A stretch of 64,000 bases of DNA from Macrostomum lignano (lineage: Eukaryota). Positions 12,654 through 31,487 of this stretch are shown piece after piece. The stretch is from NCBI GenBank assembly GCA_002269645.1, contig NIVC01000001.1:1116001-1180000 (forward strand), given 5' to 3'. The notes beneath the pieces are model-generated. The model ran no database searches, was not told the DNA's origin, and worked only from the letters and a program-made list of their open reading frames with translations. How positions within the stretch are numbered: position 1 is the first letter of the stretch; each line of letters opens with the position of its first letter. The position numbers and the translations under genes were made by a program.

Positions 12654-13121
12654 AATGCATTATTGATAAAACCTGTTCTCTATTCACCATCTTAGCATAC
12701 GTTGGACTGCCAGGTAAATAAAACCAGGCATAGAAAACTAAGATGGGAGCCAGCAGGCACACAGTACGAGGATGCACGACCAAGTTCAAGACTTCAATGC
12801 CTAAATAACTAAGTAAGCCAAATAGGCACACTATTAACTGCTGAATTGCACAAACAAGAAAACAAATCAGAAAACTGACTACACAAAAGCAACCGGGGTT
12901 TACGAGCAACATGTTTACAACAGAGTTTAAGCAGGAAATGTCAGCAATTCGTACTCCTGACGGGTAGTTAAAATAGAACTGACAATTCAACTGTTTCTCT
13001 GGTGACCTTCGACACACAGACACGGACAATATATTGAGAGTTTGTTTTACTTGATTCCATTTTTTTCGAAACAATGTTATCAAGGGCTTGACTTGGACTA
13101 ACCGATGCTCACACTATAGTC

Positions 13122-20085
<6,964 letters not shown>

Positions 20086-22228
20086 GCTCTCTCGCTCAGC
20101 TTTGTAATGGGTGGAGTCAGTTGCAATGGGTGCGTAGCCTATACAGCTTTATGTGGCCTGATTAATGATGGGCTGTCGCTGAAAGTAGTATTAGAGGGAG
20201 TTGCAAAATCATGATTTGCGCACTGTCGAGTTTGTTAATCTCTACGCTGCATGAACAAGCTGTGTTGACACCCGCCACCAAGTGATTTTGGAAATCAGAC
20301 CCTAGGAAAATAAATAGGCTACAAGCGGTGCAGATGATCAGAAAAACTGCTCGAGCTTATATTTATGATGGTGTATGTGAACTATAGACTGAGATTTAAA
20401 TAAGCCAAGCGTTAAGTCGAGCAGATGCTAGTGTTCTCTACCGTTTTGCTTTATTTTTTACGTAGGATCTTGTTGAGAAAGTTGACATTCGTATTTTCGT
20501 GAATCATATCACATATCATAAATATATTTATTATCGGTTGTTAAATTAGTTGTTAAGTTGTTTAAGTGCACTATGATGTAAAAAACTTCGAACAATTTTG
20601 ATTAGTTGCATGGATAAAAGAGATGCAGAGCGCCACTGATGCACTTTATGGCGTTTAGAAACAGTTTTAAATATTTTAGGTAAGCGTATGAACTCTGCCA
20701 AACAAATAGACAAACAAACAATAATGAGTGTTTGCAGGTCGTGCTACTATGCAGTAGCACTGTATGGCTAATACCTAATCGAAATTTGCATAAATTTCAC
20801 TATTTTACTTAGGATTTTATTAAAATCTTATAGCTAAAACTTACAAAAAGTCGACAAATAGATCATCGAAGTAGTTACAGATAGCTAAATTACAGATTAT
20901 GCATAAGTAATTTGCATGCCGATGCCTCTAGTGAGAAATGCTTTAAATATCATGAAATATGACTAGGACTAGGTCATTTAAATTAATTTATTGAGGAAAT
21001 TTAAATTTCCAACATTGCAGTTTTTTAAAATAATTATTCACGTTAATTAGTCAGCTCAGTGTCAAATTTAGACATGATTTTTGTTCTTTATTATAATTAA
21101 ATCAAATTTTCTACTATAAGACGAGAAAATATAATATAGTTTCAGAAGTGAAGTCTAGGACTCTTGAGTCTTGTTTATCGAGTCAACGTTAAGAATTTCA
21201 GGATCTTACGTTTGAATTTATGGGACTTATTAGTTAAGTAACATTGAATTTGATGTTATTGATCTTACTGGTAATAAAATATCGCTACAATGCCAAATGG
21301 ACTGGATTCTTTAGATTGGAACCAGGCAACTGCAGAATAAAGCAGGCCTCTACACGAATTTAAGAGCCGAGGCAGAGTTTCAGTCTTTCGATTCTTTTCC
21401 TCAAAGAGAAAACTTGTTCACTTGTAGATTTCAATTCGTTTAATTTTGTTTCGCCTTTCTGCTGTCTCTTGTCTGCTGTGTGGAGTCGAGGAGGCGAAAT
21501 AGAAATGCACAACACTAAGCCAGCTTGTATGAAATAGGTCTGACCGCTGCGCTCGCTCTTCTCTCTCTGCTACGTTCATATATAGACACCACTCCCATTC
21601 CTGCTCTCCACTTTACCCCCCACCCCTCACCCCTTGGGGGGCCTACACTGAAAAACCCTCTCCCCACGGAATGACCTTGCTGCAGCTCCTCGCTGATTGG
21701 TCCGCCGACCACACTCACGTGCGGAATAGGCGGAGAGAAAACGCGTTGATAATTTTAGTCCAGCGAAGGGGAGCAGCACACTGGAAATCGCTAAAAGTAG
21801 ATAGCACATCCATGTACATTTACTTGTACAAAAAGCGATAGCTTGGATAACTAACTGGGTGGCGCATAAGTAGCCGAACCTGAAGAGGAAGACAAAATAT
21901 ATTATTAGTTATCCTACAATATATTTTTAATTTTATTTGTACTGCTAATGACTTGTTATTTTTTAGTTTTTATTTAGGCTCGGCTGCCACCTTGTACATG
22001 TGTAATATAACAGCAAAAAATATTAATTTATGCCGAATAATTTTGTATAGGCCCCTATCTGCTAGCAACTAGCAGTCAGCGCCACCCCTTAAGAAAGATA
22101 TTAATTTTGAATTAGCTACATGTAGGTTTTAAAACCTTGTACAGTTGCTATTTGTTAGCATCGTAAGGAAAATGATGTTTAAAGCAAAAAAGTATCAGCC
22201 TTGAAAGCCAGCAATGATCTATCTGGCC

Positions 22229-22275
22229 CAGGGGTCGGCAATTTTTTTTACCTCAAGCTTAAGGGCCAGATACCA
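22229..22275 (+). mobile_element. possible hAT/Charlie (MER58-like) terminal remnant
   Basis: CAGGGGTCGGCAA...AAGGGCCAGATA resembles Charlie-type termini; no partner TIR found. Confidence 0.4.
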
Positions 22276-22326
22276 CAGATAGAGAACCTAGAGCATGACT
22301 GTGGCCCGGAACAGGGGAGAGAGGAG

Positions 22327-23190
22327 CAGGGTGTCCGCGCGAAATTCAATATTAATTTCCAGGTTTTTCCAGGTTTTTCCAGGTTCAAATAAGTAAAGCT
22401 CCAGGTTGCTACCTGGTAAAGCTTTATAAAATGAAACGTAAAAAATGAAATGGAAAGTAAAAAATGGGTAAAATATACAGTCTATTGTCAATGAGCCGTC
22501 CATTAAAACTACAAGACTAACATTGAACGAAACTGAAACTCGCAAAATAGAACATAAAATGGGACATTTATGGAAGTGAAAATAAAGCAAAATATGCATG
22601 ACAGTAAACGTTCCGCCAATGTTCAGCAAATAATTATGAGCTTTTTAAGTACTTGTAACTAACTGTCGTCAGTTACCAAATGTACTTAGGCGAGCCTTTT
22701 GCGCAACTCCTCGACACGAGCAAGCGCCTCTGTCTCTTCAGCCAACAGCTCTTCAGCTTTCGTGAGAGAAATGTACTCAGCTCGACGTGCTGGACAGTCC
22801 TTAAGAAGCCGGTATAAGCTCCGCAAAAATCTGTTGAGCTCCCATGAAGTTGCAGCATGGCCGCACTGAAAAGCTCGGCTGACGGTATGCAAGCCGCATG
22901 TCCCAGCTTCAACAGGAACCGGGCTTTCAGGAATAGCAGAAATTTTGCCTTTCAGCAGTCGTAGAGTCTTTAAATTTACATTTGGACCGTCCATTGATAC
23001 TTGTAGTACGGATGAAAGTGGCAGGTTTTTTAAGACGGACTCGAGTGCTTCAAGCAGGTTTTCCGCCTTGGTCGAGCCTAAAAAAGCAGATCCAAGATAC
23101 TGGGATTGAACCTGATGGCGTTTGTTATCCCAGAATCGAACATGAACGTCCATCTGACTCTTTTGTGTAATCTTGTTTAGAGCCTCACCA
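22327..23190 (-). mobile_element. internally deleted hAT-like DDE transposase relic with one putative TIR
   Basis: EALNKITQKSQMDVHVRFWD, YLGSAFLG, QVSMDGPNVN, GTCGLH (CxxH) and PARRAEY, then a jump to a short charged C-terminus. Putative end CAGGGTGTCCGCG at 22327 is followed by TTTCCAGG subterminal repeats. Confidence 0.8.
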
Positions 23191-23365
23191 TACCTCAGGA
23201 GGGAATGGAGAAGAGATAAAGGATATAGCTAGGGGAAAGGAGCTGACGAGGGAAAACAGGAGAAGAAAGGAGAGACGTGAGGAGAGGAGAGGAGAGGAGA
23301 GGAGAGGACAGGGGAGATTAGAGAGAACACTGAGAAGAGATGTAAACGTTTAGCGGACCAGATTG
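23190..23365 (-). mobile_element. probable LINE 3' UTR remnant related to 7360-7589
   Basis: Minus-strand GTCCGCTAAACGTTTACATCTCTTCTCAG plus a pyrimidine tract, similar to the 7360-7589 block. Confidence 0.4.
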
Positions 23366-24528
23366 CTATTGCGAAGTTTCAAAAGGATCGTTTGGCTTGG
23401 CCTACCAACAACATCCAAATTGAGCTTTGCCATCAGCAACCCTAGCGTTATCTAGCCAATTAATTCATCAGCATTCAGCAACTTGATCCCCCCGTAAGCT
23501 TTGAAATCTCAGTTATAGTTAAAATCAGTACTTTTATTCGCACAAGTTTAAATAGTGTTACATTTAGAGTTTTCTACGATTCGTATATATTTTATCTTTT
23601 ACATCAGCTGTGTGCATTGGAGACTTAGAAACTTAGGAGTGGAGTTAGAACAGGTTACTAAAATTCGCAATGTGAAAGGTTGTCTTAAATGTATCTACAG
23701 TAGCTAAAGCCTAAAATCAAGTGCAATGCTAGGAGTAGGCCTAGCCTTGATAGATGTTATTCCTTTTTGGAGTTCTCAACTGGGTTTTTTGTTGCGCAGA
23801 GAGAGTGTGCATATGCACCCTAAATTTTGAAATTTTAGACGGTCATTTTTTCATCACTAAATGACCGTCAGCATAGTTTATGCTCTGCTATGTGTTCAGT
23901 TGTTTTAGAATTCATAAGCAGCTATGTGAAAACTAGAACTAGAACTAGAAGTTTGACACAGATTGCTTTTTGAAGTTTTGCAGCTTTGTTCCATTCTATC
24001 TATTATGGTTCAAAAGTTGCAAGTGCTTAAAGTTCAAAAACATGATGTGAACCTATTGTGAAATGACCCATTATCAGAAAGGCATTGCAACAATTAAGGA
24101 CCTTTTTGTGTTGCAACAATAAAGGACCTTTTTTGGGCTATTGACAATAAAGAACCCTTTCTTGAATACAACATTTCTATCTTTTGTACACCAACAGCTA
24201 CACTATATGCCAGCTGTGTGATGCAATTTTCCGGCAGATGTTTCTATATGCCAGATATTTTACATGAACCATTTCTTTCATATCCTTTGTATGCCAAAAC
24301 TTTTTATCATAAATATAAGATTTGGAAGTGGAAATTTTTAGAAAAAATATTACTTTGTTCAAAAGACAAGTATGTATGATATTTAGTAAAAGTAAATTTT
24401 ACTAAATTATTGCTTTATTGCTAGTTATTATTTCTATGCTTGACACCATAGGATAGCAAACTATCTATTTTAGTATAGACTTTTGGTAGATAAACTAATT
24501 TTAAATTAGGCCTAGGCCTACTAAAGGC

Positions 24529-24938
24529 CCATAGTCAGGAAGGTGGCCTTTGCCATGGAAAAATTCGGTGCATACAAGGGGTCCTTGGCATACTTGGTGC
24601 ATAATCATGGTCATGCACACTGAAGTCCCTGATGGCTGATGCATATAGCACACAATCATGGTATGCATTGAGGTCCCTAGCGATATATGTGGTGCTATGC
24701 ACAACTTTGGTGCATAAGGAATCAGAATAGAATCTTTATTAGCACAAACTGGTGTAGCATATTGAGTCTACATGAATTCTGAAGAATTTTGTAAATTTGT
24801 GGTAAAATATATAAAATAAGGGCATAGACATGGCGCACAAACGGCGTACAAATAGTGCTGTAGATGGCGCATAGACGGCGCACAGATCATCCCAAAAAAT
24901 TTATTCTGGTGCACACTGTGCCACCTTCCTAACTAAGG
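24529..24938. mobile_element. 410-bp MITE with 19-bp TIRs and 8-bp TSD
   Basis: Left TIR CCATAGTCAGGAAGGTGGC (24529-24547); right TIR reverse complement CCTTAGTTAGGAAGGTGGC (24920-24938), 17/19 identical. Perfect TSD CTAAAGGC at 24521-24528 and 24939-24946. Internal TGGTGCATA repeats. Confidence 0.88.
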
Positions 24939-26149
24939 CTAAAGGCTAGGCCTAAAAACAAAATGACTTACATCTTATTGCTATTTGTAAAAATATTTAG
25001 GCCTAGTTTATGTCAAATAGATTTTATTCACAAAGTAAGCTTTTTATACATTTTTATAACTATTCTATTGCAGCTTATTGTAGCTATCTATTATATCCTT
25101 AAGTGACCTAGCAATATAGTGTATATTTTCTAAGGTATAACTAAATGTCTTATACTTAATACAAAGCAGTAAGCATAATAATAATAATATATATAGCATT
25201 AAGTATAGCTTTATATAGTAGTGTAACAAAAAATTGTTAAGGGAGGAGATAGATTCTAAAGATTAAAAACCTAGGGGATGGCTCTATTTTTGATAAAAAT
25301 GGATCCCCTTTGTTTTTTCAAGTTTGCCTAAGGGGGAAAGAGGTCCCCCTTCTCTTGGTTGCATCATTGGCCTTGTACAACAATACAAAATAGTATAAAA
25401 ATTATTGGACCTTTTCTTAGTCTTTCTTTTAGCCCCCCTAAGCCCATTTATGACCTTTTAAAGAATAGGCCCTTTAATAATTGGTACTAAGCATATTAAT
25501 AACCTAGTTATGATAGATCTAATCAAATTTGATATTCCAAATTTCAAAACCTAATTTTGCAGTAAAATAATTAAATCAATTTCAAATTGAGCTTTGAATT
25601 TTAGTAAAAATAAAATTATATCAGATCAAATTTTTCTACTGTACTTTAATCCCTACTGCTGCACTTCCAATATACTAAAAATGAGTTGTTTGTTTGTACG
25701 CAATCGATTAGAGAAAAAATGGCTGGACCGATTTTCATGAGACTTGCACTGTTCGATCAGAAATTTTCCCGTGACGGTACATGCATCGTGGCTAAGAAAT
25801 TGCTCGATGCTAAAGGCATTAAATATTCGAAAAACATGCTTTTTTGCAAAGGTCAAGCAAACTTTTCGACTTGAAATGCATTGTAAGAATGCTAGAGAAA
25901 AAACTGACTGGTTGAATTCTGATTCTGAAATAGATTGCATCATCACTGAATTGTAACTCCGACTTGAATTAAAAATGCAGTGTGGAAGCGTAGCACCAGA
26001 CTTGATTTAAATTGCGTAACCATATTGTTAACTGATACTGACTGACTGAGAAACTGATTATGTCATAACTGCTTCGTGTGATTTACTCTATGCTTGGATT
26101 TTAAAGTGTTGAATTATATAAGTGCAAAATTTGATGTTATCAAAACGAT

Positions 26150-26230
26150 GAGAGCTAGCCTAGAGGTGAACAAACTGAACTGCCAAATGCAGCGACGATA
26201 GTTAGAATTTTCATAGAGTATAATTTTTTT
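26150..26230 (+). other. tRNA-like Pol III promoter cassette (degenerate) heading satellite array A
   Basis: GAGAGCTAGCCTAGAGG (A-box-like), decayed B-box (AGTTAGAATT), then a T7 tract; homologous to 31356 and 35590. Confidence 0.45.
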
Positions 26231-26275
26231 AATTAAAGCTTTTCAACGTCAGGAAAACTAAAAGACTTTTTAAAA

Positions 26276-28345
26276 AGAAGCGTCATGTAAAAAATCATAG
26301 AAGTGTCATGTAAACAATCACAGAAGCGTCATGAAAAAATCATAGAAGCGTCATGTAAACAATCATAGAAGCGTCATGTAAACAATCATAGAAGCGTCAT
26401 GTAAAAAATCATAGAAGCGTCATGTAAACAATCATAGAAGCGCCATGTAAAAAATCGTAAAAGCGTCTTATAAAAATCATAGAAGCGTCATTTAAAAAAA
26501 ATATAGAAGCATCATGTAAAAAATCATAGAAGCGTCATGTAAACAATCATAGAAGCGTCATGTAAACAATCATAGAAGCGTCATGTAAAAGTCATAAAAG
26601 CATCATAAAAAATCATAGAAGCGTCATGAAAAAATCATAGAAGTCTCATGTGAAAATCATAAAAGCGTCATGTAAACAATCATAGAAGCGTCATGAAAAA
26701 ATCATAGAAGCGTCATGTAAACAATCATAGAAGCGTCATGTAAAAAATCATAGAAGCGTCATGTAAACAATCATAGAAGCGTCATGTAAACCATCATAGA
26801 AGCGTCATGTAAAAGTCATAAAAGCATCATAAAAATCATAGAAGCGTCATGAAAAAATCATAGAAGCCTCATGTAAAAATCATAGAAGCGTCATGTAAAC
26901 AATCATAGAAGCGTCATGAAAAAATCATAGAAGCGTCATGTAAACAATCATAGAAGCGTCATGTAAACAATCATAGAAGCGTCATGTAAACAATAATAGA
27001 AGCGTCATGTAAACAATAATAGAAGCGCCATATAAAAATCATAGAAGCGTCATTTAAAAAATCATAGAAGCGTCATGTAAAAAATCATAGAAGCGTCATG
27101 TAAACAATCATAAAAGCGCTATGTAAAAAATCGTAAAAGCGTCTTATAAAAATCATAGAAGCGTCATTTAAAAAAAATATAGAAGCGTCATGTAAACAAT
27201 CATAGAAGCGTCATGTAAACAATCATAGAAGCGTCATGTAAACAATCATAGAAGCGTCATGTAAAAGTCATAAAAGCGTCATAAAAAATCATAGAAGCGT
27301 CATGAAAAAATCATAGAAGTCTCATGTGAAAATCATAAAAGCATCATGTAAACAATCATAGAAGCGTCATGAAAAAATCATAGAAGCGTCATGTAAACAA
27401 TCATAGAAGCGTCATGTAAAAAATCATAGAAGCGTCATGTAAACAATTATAGAAGCGTCAAGAAAAATCATAGAAGCCTCATTTAAAAAACATAGACGCG
27501 TCACCTGAAAATCATAAAAGCGTCATGTAAACAATCATAGAAGCGTCATGAAAAAATCATAGAAGCGTCATGTAAACAATCATAGAAGCGTCATGTAAAA
27601 AATCATAGAAGTGTCATGTAAACAATTATAGAAGCGTCAAGAAAAATCATAGAAGCCTCATTTAAAAAACATAGACGCGTCACCTAAAAATCATAGAAGC
27701 GTCTTGTAAAAAATCAGAGAAGCGTCATGTAAACAATCATAGAAGCGTCATGTAAAAAATCGTAAAAGCGTTATATAAAAATCATAGAAGCGTCATTTAA
27801 AAAATCATAGAAGCGTCATGTAAAATTCAAAAAAGCGTCATAAAAAATCATAGAAGCGCCATGTAAAAAATCGTAAAAGCGTTATATAAAAATCATAGAA
27901 GCGTAATGTAAAAAATCATAGAAGCGTCATGTAAACCATCATAGAAGCGTCATGTAAACAATCATAGAAGCATCATGAAAAAATCATAGAAGCGTCATGT
28001 AAACAATCATAGAAGCTTCATGAAAAAATCATAGAAGCATCATGTAAACAATCATAGAAGCGTCATGTAAACAATCATAGAAGCGTCATGAAAAAATCAT
28101 AGAAGCGTCATGTAAAAAATCATAGAAGCGTCATGTAAACAATCATAGAAGCGTCATGTAAACAATCATAGAAGCGTCATGTAAAAAATCATAGAAGCGT
28201 CATGTAAAAAATCATAGAAGCGTCATGTAAACAATCATAGAAGCGTCATGTAAAAAATCGTAAAAGCGTTATATAAAAATCATAGAAGCGTCATGCAAAC
28301 AATAATAGAAGCGTCATGGTAAAATCATAGAAGCCTCATATAAAA
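26276..28345. repeat. 22/23-bp satellite (ATCATAGAAGCGTCATGTAAACA), ~90 copies
   Basis: Direct inspection; inside element A. Confidence 0.97.
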
Positions 28346-29263
28346 ACTAATGAAAGTGTCATTTAAAAAATTAAGAAGCATCATGGAAGAATAAAAGAAG
28401 CGTCATGTAAAAATCAAAAGAAGCGTCATGTCAGACATGAAAGGTGTCATATAAAAATTGAGTGAAGCTATAGTACAGTGCTGTGCTGGGGAGAATTACT
28501 GAGACGTCAAGGCTCACAGAAAATAACTGGGATTACAGGTGGGGGGGGGGTTTCTGAGATGTCAAAGAAAAAGTCAGAAGCTACTTCAAAGTTCATGTAC
28601 TTTACTCAATTTTTATTACATTCTTTGTTGGCTCGCCACAGGGGGGGGGGGCGCTGATAGAAGCAGTCATGTAAAAAAGAAAAGTAGCACTATGTATACA
28701 TATAAGAAAAGTCATGTCGAAGTTAAAAGATTCATTTGGGAATTGCTACGATGTCAAAGCTTGGTGGAAATCGTTATAGTGCTGTGATTCTTAAAGAAGG
28801 AAACACTAAAATGTCAAGGCTTGGGGGAGAAGAATTGCTGAGATTCAAGGCTTTAGGTTGGGTTAAAGTTAGGTTTAGGTCAGGTGTGGGTTGAGGGTTA
28901 CATTTTATCGGGTTTCAAGGTTAACAGGGGATTTTTTTAGATTTCAAGATTTATGGGGGGCATCGCTGACATGTCAAGGCTTACGGGGGGAATAGCTGAG
29001 ATGTCAAGGCTCACGGGGGTATAAATGAGATTTCAAGGCTAAAGTCAGAGGCTACATGTAGTTTAATGAAAACTTTTTATTACATTTTTTGTTGGCTTCT
29101 CAGGGCTCGGTGATAGAAAAAGCATAATGTAAAAAATAAAATAAGCTTCATGTCAAAGTTAAGAGATTCATTTGGGAATCCCTACGATGTCGAGGCTTGC
29201 AGGGAATCGCTATAATGCTGTAGTAGTGCTATAATGACTCAGAATTACTGAAATTTCAATGCT

Positions 29264-29388
29264 TTAGGGTTAGGTTAGGGTTAGGGTTAGGGTTAGGGTT
29301 AGGCTAGGGTTAGGGTTAGGGTTAGGCTAGGGTTAGGGTTAGGGTTAGGCTAGGGTTAGGGTTAGGGTTAGGCTAGGGTTAGGGTTAG
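29264..29388 (+). repeat. interstitial telomeric repeat (TTAGGG)n with TTAGGC variants
   Basis: About 20 units; further degenerate tracts at ~29648-29740 and ~29906-29928. Confidence 0.95.
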
Positions 29389-31355
29389 AAGGTTGACAGA
29401 TTTTTTTTAGACTTCAAGGCTTATTTGGGGCATTGCTGAGATGTCAAGGGGGGAGTTGATTTGTTAAAGCTTGTGGGGGGAATTACTGACATTTCAAGGC
29501 TTACAAGGGACTTCTGAGATATATTGCAAAGAGATGCTACATGTAGTTTATTACAAAACTTGTACTGTATTTTTGGCTCCCTAACGCTAAGATACTAAGC
29601 TAAAAAATACTACTAGCTCTTCACAAACTTATGCAGATGTCAGGCTGTAGGGTTAGTGTTAGGGTTGGTATTAGGGTTTAGGTTTAAGGTTAGGTTCAGG
29701 GTTATTGCGTTAAGATTCGGGTTAGGGTTAGGGTTAGGGTAGCTTATAACTTGGCTCATTTAGCTTATTAAAAATGTTTATCATGGAAGCATCATGCAAA
29801 AATAATGGAAGCGTCATGCAAAAACAATGGAAGCGTCATGCCAAAAATCATAGAAGCATCGATCATGCAAAAACTCCTGGACAAAATATTGAATTTAGGG
29901 TTTTGGTTAGGGTTAGGGTTAGGGTTAGAATTTTGACAGGAGATTTTTTAAGATTTCAAGGCTACATGTAGCTTATTAAAAATAAGTGTATTGCATTTCT
30001 TTGGCTCCCCAACGGGGGGCGTAGATTGCTAGTTATAATTCTATTAATGTCTTAGAATATTTCTGGTAGCATCCTGGTATATTTCTGGCATAAGCAGTTT
30101 TATTGGTATATATACTATTTTTTGTGTAGGTGTTATTGAGATTAGAGGGTCATAGCATTACTTTTTATATGGATTTGCATAAAGCCCCAATTCCCTTTCT
30201 CCGATTAACTTTCTTTAAGCTCTCTATTAGATAATTTATTGAAAATAAGCAACACTTGTAAGTCTGAAAATGAATTTAATAAACTCAAACACAAGTTAAT
30301 AATTAAACAAGTTACAAGGTTTGAATTTAGTTTATTTTCCTAAACTTGGCTCCTGTTTATACTAGATTTATCACATATATTTAAACAAATTTTATAAAAT
30401 AAAAATATTTAGCATAATATAACAAATATTTTTTGTGTTAGTTTAAAAGTTTAAATTTCTTAGAAACTTAGAAAGCACTTCCTTAGTTGATAAGGAACAT
30501 TTAGATTTTTTTAATTGAACAATAAATTAATATAATACTATGCATGTAGATTCTATATAATATAATCTATATTAGACTAGACAGGGCATAGCAATTAAAA
30601 GAAGTAAATTAGGAAAGTATAATACCAGAGGTATATTGGTAGTCATTGCTTTAAATATTGAAATAATATTGAAAATTAGTTAAAATAAATAATTATTATT
30701 AGTTTTAATTATCTTTTTTTTCAATTTAGTTTCTAGTCATATTGGTGTTATTTATTTTTTTGTCTAAAATAATTAAAATTGTATTTTTTATTTTCAAAAA
30801 TATTTGATTCTTAATCTAATATACTAAAAATGAAATGCTTGGTTGCTTGCTTGTAATTGATTTTCTCCCGAACGGCTCAACCGATTTTCTTCAAACTTGC
30901 ACCATTCGATCAGAAATTTTCCCGGGACGGTACATGCATATTGGCTAAGAAATTGCTCAATGTTAAAGGGATTAAATATTCGAAAAACATGCTTTTTTGC
31001 AAAGGTCAGGCAGCTATTTCGACTTGAAACGCACTGTAAAAATGCTAGAGAAAAATCTGACTGGTTGAATTCTGATTCTGAAATAGATTGCATCACAATA
31101 CACTTTATTTATCGTCTGTGTACTGGCTGAATTTGACACTCAATTGAATTGCGTCACAGCTTTGAGGGTGAAAGTATAGTGCAGTACTGAATTTATATTA
31201 CGTAACCATATTGTTAACTTTCATAGACACTGGTACTGACTTGCCTAAGAAATTGATTATGTCATAACTGCTTCGCGTGACTTTTTACTCTACCTGACTT
31301 GGTGTGAGTGTTGAATTAATTATATAAGTGGTACAAATTCACTGATAACTTCGAT

Positions 31356-31450
31356 GAGAGCTAGCCTAGAGCTGAGCAGACCAGACTGCTAATGCAGTGA
31401 CCTGGGTTCGAATCTAAGTAGTTTAAAAGTAGTAGTGTAAAATTTTTTAT
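31356..31450 (+). other. tRNA-like Pol III promoter cassette heading the 48-bp satellite
   Basis: A-box-like TAGCCTAGAGC (31362), intact B-box GGTTCGAATC (31405-31414), tRNA-like 43-nt spacing, downstream T6 tract. The cloverleaf does not fold cleanly. Confidence 0.55.
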
Positions 31451-31487
31451 TAAAAGCTTTTATTAAAGGACTAAATAAAAACACTTA

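Larger units (their letters stand above)
25666..30032 (+). mobile_element. non-autonomous Helitron-like element A (4.4 kb) carrying satellite and telomeric repeats
   Basis: 5' TC(C)AATATACTAAAAATGA...TTTGTTTGT...GGCTGGACCGATTTT is typical of Helitron 5' ends. 3' hairpin GCTCCCC-AAC-GGGGGGC (30004-30020), then CTAG (30029-30032) followed by T. Colinear with element B. Confidence 0.75.

Noticed and set aside
12652-13083. 143-aa hydrophobic minus-strand ORF
   Set aside because: It lies in the presumed 3' UTR of the CCCH gene, has no recognisable motif and has AT-rich codon use unlike the real exons.
29264-29388. True chromosome end
   Set aside because: The tract is short, internal and flanked by element sequence on both sides, with genes beyond it.
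31356-31430. Functional tRNA-Ser(GCT) gene
   Set aside because: It has A/B boxes and a CTGCTAA loop-like motif, but the acceptor and anticodon stems do not pair. Reported only as a tRNA-like cassette.
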